A DNA stretch of 64,000 nt, taken from contig QPGO01000038.1 of assembly GCA_008632985.1 (NCBI GenBank), forward strand, positions 87,939 to 151,938, given 5' to 3'. This DNA comes from Psammoneis japonica (lineage: Eukaryota). The notes below the pieces were generated by a model that saw only the letters and a list, made by a program, of their open reading frames with translations, did no database searches and was not told where the DNA came from. The position numbers and the translations under genes are program-made. Positions within the stretch are counted from its first letter, which is position 1. Every line of letters begins with the position of its first letter. Of this stretch, positions 11,685 through 23,982 are shown piece by piece.

Positions 11685-14600
11685 TCATTCTGGTGGGTTT
11701 GAACGCGGTGATCGAAACGTTTGCTCACGAGCACTCGATTGCATGTCCTTTTGGATTCGCTTTGCCTCGTTGCGCACAACAACTGTCCTGAGTGCACCAG
11801 CGTTGGCAAGAACTGTGCTTGTCTGTCGCATGGTTCTATCCTTGAGTTTCTGTTGCTTGACCTTTTTGCAATGGGCTGCAAGAATCGGGGCTGTCTTTCT
11901 GAATGTTTGACGACGCTCACTGAGGGGTTTCTGCCATTCAGTGTCTACAAGGTCGTCCCAATGGGTGTTCATGCGTGCAAAATCATGCAACCCTCGCTGG
12001 TTTTGGTTGTTCTGACTGCGTTTTGCAAACTGTGGCAGCACTTCCTGAAATGGCTCCGCTTCGCATCCCACAACTTGAGTCACATGAATTCCATCACGTC
12101 CATCACGTTCAGCCAGAAATTCCACAGCGTCAGACATGGCCGTCTCCACTGTTGTTGCAGGTGACTCAAGAGAATTGTTCGAGTTTACAAGAGCCATGCA
12201 TTGATCCTCAATGGGCGTGCAAGCACCTCCTCTGGCGCGCCCAAAGTCATTTGGGTTTACAAGGTCCCCTTGGCACTGGTGCACTCCATGCTCGCAGTTG
12301 GCAGTTTGCATGTTGTGGACGGTTTCGTGGTTGTAGAATTTCTCATGCTCGGACGGAGCGAGTCCCCTTTCCACTGCTCGATCGTGGTTCCATCTGTGAA
12401 CGAATGTTGCCAGAAGGCATGCCGCCAGCAAGGGGGACGAATGACATGCAGCCAGCACTTCTTTGAGGTGCTTGTGGAAACCTTCCAGCTGCAACGTTCC
12501 ATGAATGCATTGCAAAGTTGTCTTTTCGCTTGTCGGGTCGGCTCGGATGTGGCAACAGTCAAAGCCAGGTTTGTCGCTGACGCACCCTTTCTTGATGTGT
12601 CTGACAAAGTTGAAACACACTTTCCACGTCTCCTTAGAAAAGAGCGGTTCACCAGTTTTTGCACACCGGACATTGGCAATGAATCGCACGGCATTCTTCA
12701 TTCGGGATGAAAGAGTGCTTGGCTCAGGTGCAACACTCTCGATGTCTTCCAATGTCTTGGACAATGGTCCACTCATCCTCTGTTTTGCCTCTGTCTTTGC
12801 TTCATCAGGCTTGTTGTGCCACCGACTGTGCACACGGTTTGACAGCTTTTCTGCCAGTTTCTCGACTTCAACGTCAAGCTTCACTTGACTGACCAGCAGC
12901 ATTGAGTCTCGAAGCAGTCCCAAAGCTTCTTTGTAGAACCCGTGTTTCTTTTTCCACGTTTTCTCAATGTCCTTTAGAAAACAGAAGGGATCTCCTTTAA
13001 CTCCGTTTCGCTCGAATGCCTCAGCCGCTGCTTCGTCTCCAGTGAGCATCTCGATGTCGCCGTCCTCGTGATCTGCCTGCAACACCACATGCTGAAGCTG
13101 CTCGTCATTGCTGTCATTGCGATTGCCATGTGAGTCTGGGAACTCAGCAAGGCTGCTGCCTTCTGGCAGATGCTCCCGTTCTTCTTCATCAAGACTGAGG
13201 CCTTCCATCGATCCTTCATGCTGCCCATCACGTTCTGCACTGGGATGACGGCTCTTCCACTGGCAGCCATCTCCCCACTGTCGCCTTCTGCTGCATTGAA
13301 GGTGCTGGTGCCGGTGTTTGTCTCTCTTCCATTGTGGCTGCTTCCAGCATCATCGATGGCATTTCCGGTGGTGCAGGTCATGCTGCTGGAGCCTGCGTCA
13401 TCGCCGTTGTCACTTTTGGCGATTCCACAAAATTTGTGATGAGATGCGGTGCTGGCAACATCCGCCTCCGTTGACATCACCATGCGAGATCTCTTCCAAG
13501 GCACAACTCGGTTGCCCCTGCCGTCAGCTCTGCCAGTGTGTGGACTGCCTTGTCTGCTTTGTTGCAGAAAAGATGGGGCACTCTTGCACTTGAACCGTCA
13601 TGTCCTCAAACGTCCAAAGCTTTCCATCGAAGACCTCTTCCGCTTTCAAATGACGCTGTGTGTCTTTCCGCACGCAACAATGGAGTTTGATGCAAGAGAA
13701 AAGAGACAAACCGGAAGCTCAGGTTTCAAGTCCTCTCCACTCGGCTTTCGATGCATTGATGCCAGCTTTTGCAACTCGTTCCAAAGTGCTGGCGAGAGCC
13801 ATGCGTCCAGTGCAGCATAAATCACAAGCTCTGGTCGCAATTGACGGGCCTCCATTTCAATCTAGCCAGTCTTTTGTCGACGCGACGGCCCAAGAACTTT
13901 TCAACCATTGTTCCCATCTTTCTCCATTCTCCTCGCTGGAACAATCCATGTCGGTCTGCCAGGTGTCGGCAGTCAAGAGTTTTGATTGAGTCGATGCCAA
14001 ACAGTTGTTCAGGACAATGATTTCTGAGCCTCGTGATGTCACCTTTGACATTTACACCCAGCAAGTGAACCTGTGAATGTGCCAGCAGTCGATGAGAATG
14101 CCGTTTGCTGTGCACCACCCACTGACATCGACGAGACCGCATCGACCGTCACTGTTTCTGGTGATGTTCAGAAACACGCTCCACAATTTGACAACACCGA
14201 CACACTTGGGACATGGGCCATCGGTTGCAATCTGCATTACAACCGGCACTTGCTTGTGCAAATCTTCGTTGGTCAAGCTGTCCCACTCGACATCAAACCC
14301 AACATGCACCTCATCCTTGCCAGCAGCTTCAATGGCAATCAACATTGGTGGACAAAAGTCCTTCAGCTGTTCATGCATCTCTGCAACCACAGCAGTGATG
14401 CCTTCAGGCAAGGCGGCCAATGGAATGGTGACAGCTTGAACCGAGTTACTTGTGTCCAACTTGCTGAGAGATGGCACAGCCTGACAATCATGGGGTGCTC
14501 GTGGCAGCAATTGTCCGCATAGAATGACGCGACTTCCTCACAAGCATGCACATGGTGCTGATGCTGGATCGCCTTCAAAATGTTTTCAACCTCTTTGCAG

Positions 14601-16493
14601 TCACCACTGTGAACAAAACGAATGTCCACCACCATGTTGTGCTCATTCATGACCATGTGGACGGAATCATGTGCTCTCACACTGCCTCCGGCAAAGGAGA
14701 CAATGAGTGCAAACTTTACGACCTTGTGCGATTTGTCACTGCAAAGAACCTTTCCCGATGCCATTTCAAGACATCTCTCACAGTGTGGCAACCTGGCAAT
14801 CACGTGATTCACGAAGATGCTTTGGAGATGCTGCCTGGATGGAGGATCACGCACTGTCGCATTTTCAAACTTTGTCATCATCCCTTCTTTGAACGCAGGC
14901 TTCTGCATGCTCTGAATTGTGCCTCGCAATTTTGGGTTCAAGTGCATGGCTTGAAACTGCTCCTTCATCTCAAAGGATTTGTTCTTCTGTTTTGCAGTGA
15001 GCTCGTTGTGAATTGCATTGAAGCTTCTCTTCGTAGACACTGACTCAACAATGTGGTTTGACAACTGCACGGTGACCGCCCATCGTTTTGTCACAACCAT
15101 GTTTGGAATTCCTCTCACATCGGCAATGAGATGAGCAAGCACCTCATCGCAATGCCCGGCAAAATGGCAAGGATGGTTGTCAATGTCATCCTCACAGTTG
15201 TCACCACCCACTTGGAATTCGTCTCCAGCCGCATCTTTTGCTTTCTTTGGCGATTTTATGCTGCAGCAGTGTCGACCAGAAAACAGGCTTCCAATGACCC
15301 ATCTTCATCAATGAGTGTACGAACAAAATTGTTGCAGAAAAGATTTCTACAAGTGCAGGGCTGCTTCGTCTCTGGGTTGTGTCTAAAGCCATGCCACTTG
15401 CATGGCATCTGCCCAGTCGGCAGCATGTGTGGGCCATTCTGTCAGGGGAAAAGAACATTGTGCGACAGAAGCATTTGAGCAGCAAGTCCGCAAAAGTTGG
15501 TGCTCTCTGAAGCCTGAAAGGTGCCACCCATTCATGTTCCTCTGATTTCCAAGGGAAATCCTTTGCCCCCATTGAATGTCAAACGTGTTGGTTGGATTGT
15601 TTGCATCTGCTCTTCACATCTGATCTGAGCTTGTGCATTGCATCTCCAACAATTGTCCGGAACATGTGGGGCATCTGCTCCATGTCAACACCTGGGAGGG
15701 GTTCTTCATCAGTTGGCTCTTGTCGCTGCTGCAGGACTGCAGGTTCTTCTGCCGGAACGACTTCCTCGGAGCTGTTGTCATTGTCGCTGATGGTTTCTGG
15801 CTGAGCAGCTGCAGCTTCCGCAGTGCTGTCCACAACTGCAGCCAAATCCTGATTGTTGGGAGCATCTGTCAATGTCTGACGTCTCCATGGCTCAAAGAAA
15901 TTTTGTGGGGCCCTTGCTTCTGCTCTGCTGGCTGCCAGTTGCCCACTTGGCTCTTGCTCATGAGCATCTTGCTGCTCCCGGTCCTGCCATTCTTTTTCCT
16001 CTTTTTGTTTGTCCCTGTCAATCTGAGCCATCGTCCTTCTCTTGTGGGTGCTTCCACGTGCTCGTCCACGCCCTTTCTTCTTTGGCAATTCTGGTCTTGA
16101 GTGTGGATTTGCCACCGTCCCTCATTGTGGTGCCGGTGCTTGTGTGGTCGTCGGCTGTGGCGCAGGGTTGTTTTCTCCGCCTGCACTCCCTTGCTGCAGC
16201 TCCCTTCTTGTGCATGGATTTGCCACCGTCCCTCGTTGTGGTGCCGGCACTTGTGTGGTTGTTGGCTGCAGCACAGGGTTGTTTTCTTTGCCTGCACTTC
16301 CTTGTGGCAGCTCCCTTCTTGCGCATGGATTTGCGAAGGGATTTGGCACCGGTGCTCGTTGTGGTGCAGGCACGTGCATGGTTGTCTTGTCTGTCACATC
16401 TGATTGCAACACAACTTCTTGGGTGACTTGCTGCAGCATTGGAGGCTGTGGCACAGAAGGATTGGCATCTTCTTCTGACCACCTCATCATCAA
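11685..16493 (-). pseudogene. Large DDE-type transposase with an inserted DnaQ/WRN-like 3'-5' exonuclease domain, frameshifted
   Basis: Ordered motifs: LCSDKSHKVVK, VMNEHNMVV, FYADNCCHE, then exonuclease VGFDVEW / GVNVKGDITRL / IYAALDAW, then VKGDPFCF (DxxH-like position) and HGTLQLEGFHKHL. Confidence 0.7.
16103..16334 (-). repeat. 111-bp tandem repeat (~2 copies) in the transposase N-terminal region
   Basis: GGATTTGC at 16105, 16216 and 16327. Encodes ANPC/ANPH...RRELxQGSAGxENNP repeats. Confidence 0.85.
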
Positions 16494-18624
16494 AAGTCAC
16501 ACCGGTGTGCTTCACATGAATCCTCAGGCGTCTTTGTCAAATTTGCACCAAAATGGACCGCGCACTTCTGCTTGTCCTTGTCAAAATGGAGCTGTGTCCT
16601 CATCAAATTCTGCACAAGTTCCAGCACAAATCCCACAGGTTTTGTGAAGAGCCACCTGCGCAGCTGGACGATTGCATTTTTGCTTGTGTGCAAATGTCTT
16701 GCGACACAATCCTGCAAAATGATTTCCATTGTGACGCGACTGTGACGTTGCATTTTCTCCCTCCGCCCAGCCATTTTTCTGAAGCCAAAAATCACCATGC
16801 CCCCCTCATCATCTGAGCAAAATGCCATCGGCAGTGGATGAGTTGTCAGTGCCTGCTTGCCCCCTTCCAGAGAATGGCCCCACTCCCTTGAGGGTCTTCT
16901 GACAAAAGGGGGCAAGCAGGTGCAAGTGGAGCTTGAGGACATTGAGAGGAAATGTGGCTCAGAAGTGTGCTCTCGTCTTGCCGAATTCTTTCGTGGCATG
17001 TCGAGCAACAAGCCTTGGTTCTTTGCCATCAAAGAGCCTCTTGTTCAGATGGTTAGGACCAGTGTTGGCATTTCATCAAAAAAGAGGTTGTGAAGCCATT
17101 GTGGAAGACCCCAACAATTCCACCGGTGGCAGCAAGGCCCTCCGCCAGCTGCCAGCTGCTCCACTCCAGCCACTGCTCTCCAGCTGGCGCTCTCTGGCTG
17201 GCGCTCTCCAGCTGGATTGTAAAAAGAGCCCAACTGCACTCAATGCACAACCTGTGGCACTCTGCCAGCAGCAACAAGGCCCTCCACAAGCTGCTCTGTT
17301 CTGGAGCAGATGCTGCACAGAGGGCAGAGCTCACTGCGGCTGTCCATTGATGTGCATGTCATGTTCATCATGTCAACCAGGCAACAATGGTCTGCTTGCC
17401 ACCCTGTTGCACCTCCGTTGTTGGGCTGCATTCACAGACTCTAGAGTTGGACATGCCAGCAACTGCACTTGGATGTTCTGGCCAGCAGAGGGCCCTCTGT
17501 CACTGGAGATGCTTTCTCTAAAGAGAGCAGAGCCCTTTCTGTCATGGCCAGCTAGACTCTGAGCACAAGCAGCTTTGAAACAGACAGAGGTTGAACGTCT
17601 GCATCTGGACAGAATTGCAGGACTGGGGGTGATCTGCTGGAGCCACAACAAACAGCAACTCATTGCTCATTTTCTCCACCATCAATGCAGCAGACACCCA
17701 AATTCCAAAATGCTGAGAACCACTGGAGCGCCAATCTCATCTCGACACCATGCACGACAGAGGTGGAGGAGCCTTTGCCAGATGTGCAAATCCTGCACAG
17801 AGAAATCTTGTGGACAAGGCCAAGCAACTGCGTCCTGGAGGTTCCAATGTCATGACAGAGAAACGTGTCAATGTCACCACGCTTGTCTGGAGCGCCATGT
17901 TGATCTTGGTTTCATCTTCTAGTTCATCATTGCTGCTGTCACTGACTTGACCTTGGCTCCACTCTGCATGTGTGTGGTTGCCACCAAAGAGCATGCAAAG
18001 AACATCATGCTTGACATCATCCATTTCCCAAATGCTGGGATTGAGAGATTTGGTCAAGAGGTTGTAAATGCCCGGCCCTTGCGCAACAATTTCATGAGCT
18101 CTTCAACATGTTCTGGAATGAAGCAAGTCGCTAGAGAGTCCACCACTGTGTGTCTTGTTGTTGGCATGAACAGGCCTGAAATCAATCACCTTGACCCATG
18201 TCTTGCACACAGAATTGAGACCCAGCTGATCTTGGGGATTGCCTGTTGAGGCTGGGCTCGCAGCACCCCAATGATTTCAATGCAGTCTCCCGGCTGAGCC
18301 TGAAAGAAAGGCAAGAATCGAAGCCAGTGTTTGTCCAGCTGGCACTTGATCATGTGTCTCTTGAATGCGAAGAGCTTGCTCATCAGAAAAATGCACCGCA
18401 GCAAAGGAGTTGTGGCAGTTGCAGACACGGCAAAGCACTCCACGTTGCCACAAATGCGGCATTCAAAGTGCACCACCTTGAAATCAGGGATGACAGGTGA
18501 GCTTTTTTACCAAGAAACCTTGAATGCCTCCAGTTGATGGGGTGGGTCCAGTTGCCACAGATGCAACAACTCCGTGAGACGAAACGGACTGACTTGAATG
18601 TTAAAAAAAAGCACAATCTTGCTG

Positions 18625-18853
18625 CAGACAACGAGAAGGACCAATCCTTGAATGCATCATTGATGGCTGTTGTTTTCGTGTGTTGTTGTTGCAATTTTAA
18701 CATGGCACTTGCCATGGTAAATTTGATGACTTCTTCCACGAGCGTGACATTTGATTTGTCAATTTTGGGATGCAAACACTTTTTAGAAATGCGTGGTTGA
18801 ATGCTGCATTGCAGTGCAAGCAGCAACATGCACACAACCGCCATGGGTGTCAT
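18625..18853 (-). pseudogene. Fragment of an SLC35A-type nucleotide-sugar transporter (N-terminal TMs)
   Basis: MAVVCMLLLALQCSIQPRISKKCLHPKIDKSNVTLVEEVIKF fits the LLAxQxxxQP...ExxK pattern of UDP-Gal/CMP-Sia transporters, with Cys at probable Tyr positions. Truncated. Confidence 0.6.
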
Positions 18854-19904
18854 GGTGGCTGATTTGAGAGTGGAAGAACAAAAGATGGCTGCACCTGCAC
18901 CGACAAGAGCCGTGGGTGTAAAAGCAGATGAAGTGGTGCTTGTTGGAAAAAACAACAAGGAGCCTTGCAGTGGTGTTCTCGGTTGTTGTTGTTGCTGTTT
19001 GTGTTGTGAAAGATCTTTTTCATCCTCGTCGTTGTTGAAATCATCCATGGTTTGTTGAAAGAGCACATGATTCTTTTCTGACAAGCACGCCAAAGCCAAA
19101 ATGGCTCTTGTGTGTGGAGCCATGGTTTGTCGGTGTCACGGCACTCCAGCAGCAGCAGCAGTTTGTTGAAAGGATGATGATGCATGCACGCAAGGCACAA
19201 CAAGACAATGGCGGTTGTTTCGGCATGCATCAGAAGCTCGTGTGTGTCATCGGTCATCGGTCGTTGTCCAAAAGATCTTGCACCACAAAAACTGTGTAGA
19301 ATTCTACGCAGCATCTTTTGAGTGCACCACAATTTGCTCCCAAAACAGCCAGATTTTTTGCACCTTCGTCCAAATCTTTCTGCAGAGGAACTGGTGGCAT
19401 CTTGTGCAGGCAAATGACAGCCATCAATCATTGGAAGATGAAAGGCATCAGGCATCAGCACCTCATCCAACACATCATCGCTCAAAACTGCACACATCAA
19501 ACATCATTGCACCATGTTGTTGTTGTGTGTCGTTCATTGGCAGTCGCCTTGTTGATTGCTGTGCTGCTGCTTTGCAGTCACGCCTTTGTGGTTCCATCCA
19601 CAAAATGCATCAGCAGCATTGCCACAACTGCTGCTGCGTCTCTCAAGGTTGCCGCTGAACCGGACAAGCTCAATCTTGCAACTGCTGAAGCCAACGTGAA
19701 GCCTGCACATCATGCAAAACCCACCAAGGATCCCCATTGAATCCCAACTTTGTTGACGTCATTCAGGGCATCCCATGCAACAATGCCTTTCCCAAGTCCA
19801 CCAAGGAGCATTGTGCAAAATTGTGCACAATGAAACAGGACATGTGTTGAAAGTTCCATTTTGCCATGTGCATCTCAAAGATCCTGACGAGCCGTGCATC
19901 AACT

Positions 19905-20839
19905 TGTGTGACACGTTGGGGCCGACACATTCCAGCTCTGGGTGGGACCTTGCACTGCTGCACTGTGACATCAACAGTTTTTTGGATTGCATCGCATGTC
20001 ACGCATGCACATTTCTGCGTGTCACATTCTTCGAAATTGTTTCATGCTCCCTGTTTTGCGAAGCCAAAGGCTTTCCATTTTCAACATTTGTGAGAATGAA
20101 AGTGCATGCACTGGGTGCATTCTTTAATGTCTGCAGAATGTGCTTGGGCAAACTGCCAATGATGCACTCCAAGTGTGAAGGAGGAGATGCATTTTTAAAA
20201 TTGCCTCTGTTTCTGTTCGCACGCAGAATTCTGCGGGCCCAAGGTCACACGGAGTCCCACCCAGGACTGGAACCCGTCAACCACAAGACATTGACCTCAA
20301 AGAGGGAGCGACCAAGATTTGGTCCAAGTGGGTCCAAAAGCGTGAAGGCAACTGTGAGCATTGGACACAAGTGCACTTTGCCAAGCAGGGCATTGTCACG
20401 GAAGAAATGCAATTTGTTGCCAAGTGAGAGGGCGTCAAACCGGAATTTGTGTGTTGTGTTGGCATCAGTGCTGTGCTCATCCAAAGAATTGTGACATCGT
20501 TGATGACGCATTCCAGCTCTGGGCAGGACCTCGCACTGCTGCACTGTGACATCAACAGTTTTTTGGATCACGTCGCATGTTGCGCACATGCATTTCTGCA
20601 AGTGACATTCTACAAAATTGTTTCATGCTCCCTGTCAATGTCTGCAGAATGCACCCGGGCAAACTGCCAATGATTTGCTCCAAGTGTGAAGAAGGAGATG
20701 TGTTCTCAAAATTGCCTCTTTTTTTGTTGGCGATGATTTGCATTTTCATTGCTTGATGAATTCACTGTGGAGCTCCTCGCACGCAGAATTTCATGGGCAA
20801 CAAAATGTCACACTGAGTCCCACCTGGGACTGGAACCCG
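19905..20839 (+). repeat. Pair of ~350-370-bp diverged direct repeats (~19905-20276 and ~20490-20839)
   Basis: Shared blocks CATTCCAGCTCTGGG, GCACTGCTGCACTGTGACATCAACAGTTTTTTGGAT, GGGCAAACTGCCAATGAT and terminal GAGTCCCACCxxGGACTGGAACCCG. Confidence 0.85.
20281..20454 (+). pseudogene. THIC: Captured fragment of phosphomethylpyrimidine synthase (thiamine biosynthesis)
   Basis: Translates as PQDIDLKEGATKIWSKWVQKREGNCEHWTQVHFAKQGIVTEEMQFVAK*EGVKPEFVC, matching the ThiC segment GPQ...TQMxYAKQGIITEEM..A.RE...PEFVR. TGA stands where Arg is expected. Not present in the ORF track. Confidence 0.85.
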
Positions 20840-20974
20840 AATGATTGAGAACTTGCTCTTGGACTCAATTTTTTGTTAGAATGAATGTCCAAACACGCCA
20901 ACATTCTGAGTGTTGCAAGATGGGAAGTGGTCCAGAACATCATTCAAAAACAACAACATTGCAGCCACACGCTT

Positions 20975-21295
20975 TCCAGAAAAACGGAAACCCAAAAATC
21001 CGGAAATGCGGAAACCCAGAAATCCGGAAAAACCGAAACCCAGAAAACTGAAAAATTGGAAATCCAGAAAAACAAAAACCCAGAAATCCAGAAACCCGAA
21101 AACCCAGAAACCCGGAAATCCGGAAAAACAGAAATCCAGAAAAACAGAAACCCAAAAACGGAAACCCTGAAATCTGAAAAAATGGAAAACAGAAATCTGG
21201 AAAAACAGAAACCCAGAAATCCATGAAAACGGAAACCCAGACATCCGGAAATGTGGAAACCTGGAAATCTGGAAATCTGGAAAAACAGAAACCCT
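20975..21295. repeat. Degenerate 8-9-bp short-unit array (CCAGAAAAA/CGGAAACC/CCGGAAAT)
   Basis: Dozens of imperfect C(A/G)GAAA(A/C/T) units, resembling DNA-transposon subterminal repeats. Confidence 0.75.
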
Positions 21296-21543
21296 GTTTT
21301 AAAGACAAAAACCTCTGTGTGGAATTTTTTTCTGTTGAGATGCCTTGTGACAAGGTCAGAAAAGTTGCAAAAGTCACCCTGGAGAAACAGAGCTGTGCAA
21401 GAAAGCACACATCACAGATGATGTCTCCTTTGGTGGCAGTGCGAAACAGAGCTGTGCAAGAAAGCACACATCACAGATGACATCTCTCCTTTGGTGGTTG
21501 CACAATGATTTTCAACACTGTCCATTTCATCATCATCATTGAG

Positions 21544-22130
21544 TCATGCCGCACTCCACATTGTGACTTCTTGTCTCAAAAAGATGGCATTGAGTCCTTG
21601 CCAATCGGCATTTCCACAGTTGCCGCTGCAAACCTTGAGCCGCTTCATTTCCGGTTGACAACCCGGGTTGTGTGTCCAATGAATCAGCGTCAATTGGAGG
21701 GATGGACTCATGCTCCAATCACCAACAGATGCATCAAAGAGAGCCATCCATTCTCCATCATTCATTGCTGCAGGCATTGGTGACAGTCAAACGCAACCCC
21801 GGCGTGGCACCCCAACAACTGGCTTCTTCCTCCTTGCTGGGTGGATCAACGAGAAAACAAAGAGTGCCTTGGGATTGGCATTGCCCACCACAATGACAGA
21901 AACTCCGATCACAATCGCAGCAACTGCAGTGAGCATGATGGCAACAATGCCAAACGTGCGACGTCTCCAAAAGGGTGTTTTGTTGTTTTCATCAGATGCC
22001 GACACTGCAGCAGACTTGTTTGCAAAAACATCTTTGTCGAAAGTTCCTGACTCCAGCGTTGTTTCATTGCTGATTTCCACCTCGTCAAAGGGACCACTCT
22101 CATGTTTGTTGCAAGGACTTGCGGTGCCAT
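21544..22130 (-). pseudogene. Decayed fragment of a host-type single-pass membrane/secreted protein gene
   Basis: Contains KTPFWRRRTFGIVAIMLTAVAAIVIGVSVIVVG (type II TM). A downstream segment, NDGEWMALFDASVGDW...LKVCSGNCGNADWQGLNAI, resembles (from memory) a diatom protein family with a KVCNGNYG.T.W.G.N motif. Confidence 0.45.
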
Positions 22131-22219
22131 GATTCAATTGGCAGAGTGCGCATGTCTTTTTTGAGTGTTTGCGGTGCGTTGAATTTTGTGAGAGGGATTG
22201 GAGATTTTCAGATGTCGTT

Positions 22220-22712
22220 CCCGTCTCGTTTGTTCTCCTGCAGCTCTCTAGCCAACTGGTGAGGTGCAGTTGCAGTTCTAAGTTGATGGACTGGAATGGC
22301 TTTGCTGGCGGATGCACAAGCCTCATTCCCAAAACCCAAGCTGGAACGGCAGGGCCAGAGGGCGGGAGAGGTGGGAGCATTGAGAAAACTGTCTTGCGGC
22401 TGTTGCTCTTGGCTGCTCTTCGGAAGAATGAGAGGAGTGAGTGGAAGAGCAAATGGCCGTTGCTCTGGTCTTGCGAAAGCGCGCTCAAATTGTTGAATGG
22501 CTAGAAACGACCCACAACGGCCAGGCGTGGGTCATTTCGCTTCGTCGAACATCGCAAGGTTGGCGGCTAGCGCCGCCCGTCTCGTTTGTTCTCCTGCAGC
22601 TCTCTGGTTAACTGGTGAGGTGCAGTTGCAGTTCTAAGTTGATGGACTGGAATGGCTTTGCTGGCGGATGCGCAAGCCTCATTCCCAAAACCCAAGCTGG
22701 AGCAGCAGGGCC
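22220..22712 (-). repeat. 3' split repeats B2 (22220-22356), A2 (22377-22563) and B1 (22576-22712)
   Basis: The 137-bp B copies are offset by 356 bp. A2 matches 28441-28657. Confidence 0.92.
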
Positions 22713-22740
22713 TTCCAGCGCCACCCACAGTGCCATGCAC

Positions 22741-23982
22741 TTAAGGGCATGCACCATTGGGAGGGTGGGTGGGTGAGGCTGGAGGGCTGTGGGAGATCCA
22801 GCCCTGGGGATCTTGAGGATTCACAGGGACGTCGGCATTTGGATGGAGGACGAAGTCACCACCAGCAAGCATGTCACGAGCAAAGTTGCGCATGACGGGC
22901 TTGGCTTGCAAGTGAAGGCAGCACAACATTTCATCAGATCGCCAACGGCCCAAGAGCCGGACAAGGTCGGTGTCAACATTGGCGCGGAGAAGCGCCATGG
23001 CGCCAGTGGCGCGAAGACAGCGAGCAGTGACATCTCGGGTGTTGAATCCGAGATTCGCCGGACCACAAGCAATTGCAGCAGTGTGCAGTGCACCAGTGAT
23101 GTCGGCAGGTGACACACGTTGCCAGGCGCCATTTTGAAAATGGACGCCCAGAGGGGTGTCGGGGAGTGCACCATGCATCCGAAGATGCTGGGCGCCACGG
23201 ACGAGTGCCTTGGTTGGGCACAGGTTGGGGTGCCCCGAAAGGCCGAGTCCCAAAACTTCTCTGTGGATGCCATTCTTTTGTGTTGTGAAGGCAAGAGTGG
23301 CGAATGTGGCAGCATCAAGCTGAGCATCGGGGGCTTGGAAGGTGTTGAGGTGGACGTTTCCAGATGCCAGGCAGACATCGGCGAGACGGAACGGCGTGGT
23401 GTCGGATGGGGTGGCGGTGCATTTGCCAGGGCGCAGCAAACAAAAGAAGGCAATGGCAATCATGTCGGCAATGGCATTGGTGCCAGGATCGTTGCTGTTG
23501 GCTGCAGCATGCATGATCCAGGTGAGGACGACGACGGGGACCGGTTTGATGCGGTCGGGCGGTGGATCCTCTTTCTTGTAGAAACGGACTTGGCGGGTGA
23601 GGCGGAAATCCATGCCGCCTTGGGGTGTGCAGCGCAGGTCCGAGGACCCCACGGCAGCGAACGTTTGGCCAACTGACCGCACGGCATCCTCAGCGGTTTG
23701 TCCACGGACGGGATTGCCGCGTGGGGCAATGGCTCCTGTTTGGCATCGGTGGAGGAAGACTTGCAAGAAGACAATGGGGTCATCAACGTCTTGGAGCAGA
23801 GGGTCGAGGGCCACAGTGGTGCAGAGCTTGCGCCATTCATCCCAACGGGTGTTGGCGGTGGCGGCGCACGAATTGGTGACACCGTGGGCAACGGCATGCT
23901 GAGCAGCGTTGAGGTCACGAAGGAATTCAGCTCGGGTGGTGGCGTCCAAAGGCGCCAGGAGAGTTGCTGTGGATGACAACAA
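22741..23982 (-). pseudogene. Tyrosine recombinase of the DIRS-order element (catalytic Tyr mutated)
   Basis: AFFCLLRPGKC (expected FFxLLRPGEY), TTQKNG, ARCLRATGAMAL and LLGRWRSDEMLCCLHLQ (expected GRWxSD.MLRYL). Confidence 0.9.

Noticed and set aside
20250..20276. tRNA gene or SINE from the B-box-like CGGGTTCCAGTCC on the minus strand (also ~20813-20839)
   Set aside because: Only a T-arm-like fragment; no A box or cloverleaf could be built.
20455..20900. TPP riboswitch next to the THIC fragment
   Set aside because: No recognisable aptamer core was found, and the fragment comes from the 5' coding region.
20876..21467. Phe/Gly- or Lys-rich ORFs over the short-unit array, and His/Thr-rich ORFs at 61608-62661
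   Set aside because: These are translations of low-complexity repeats.
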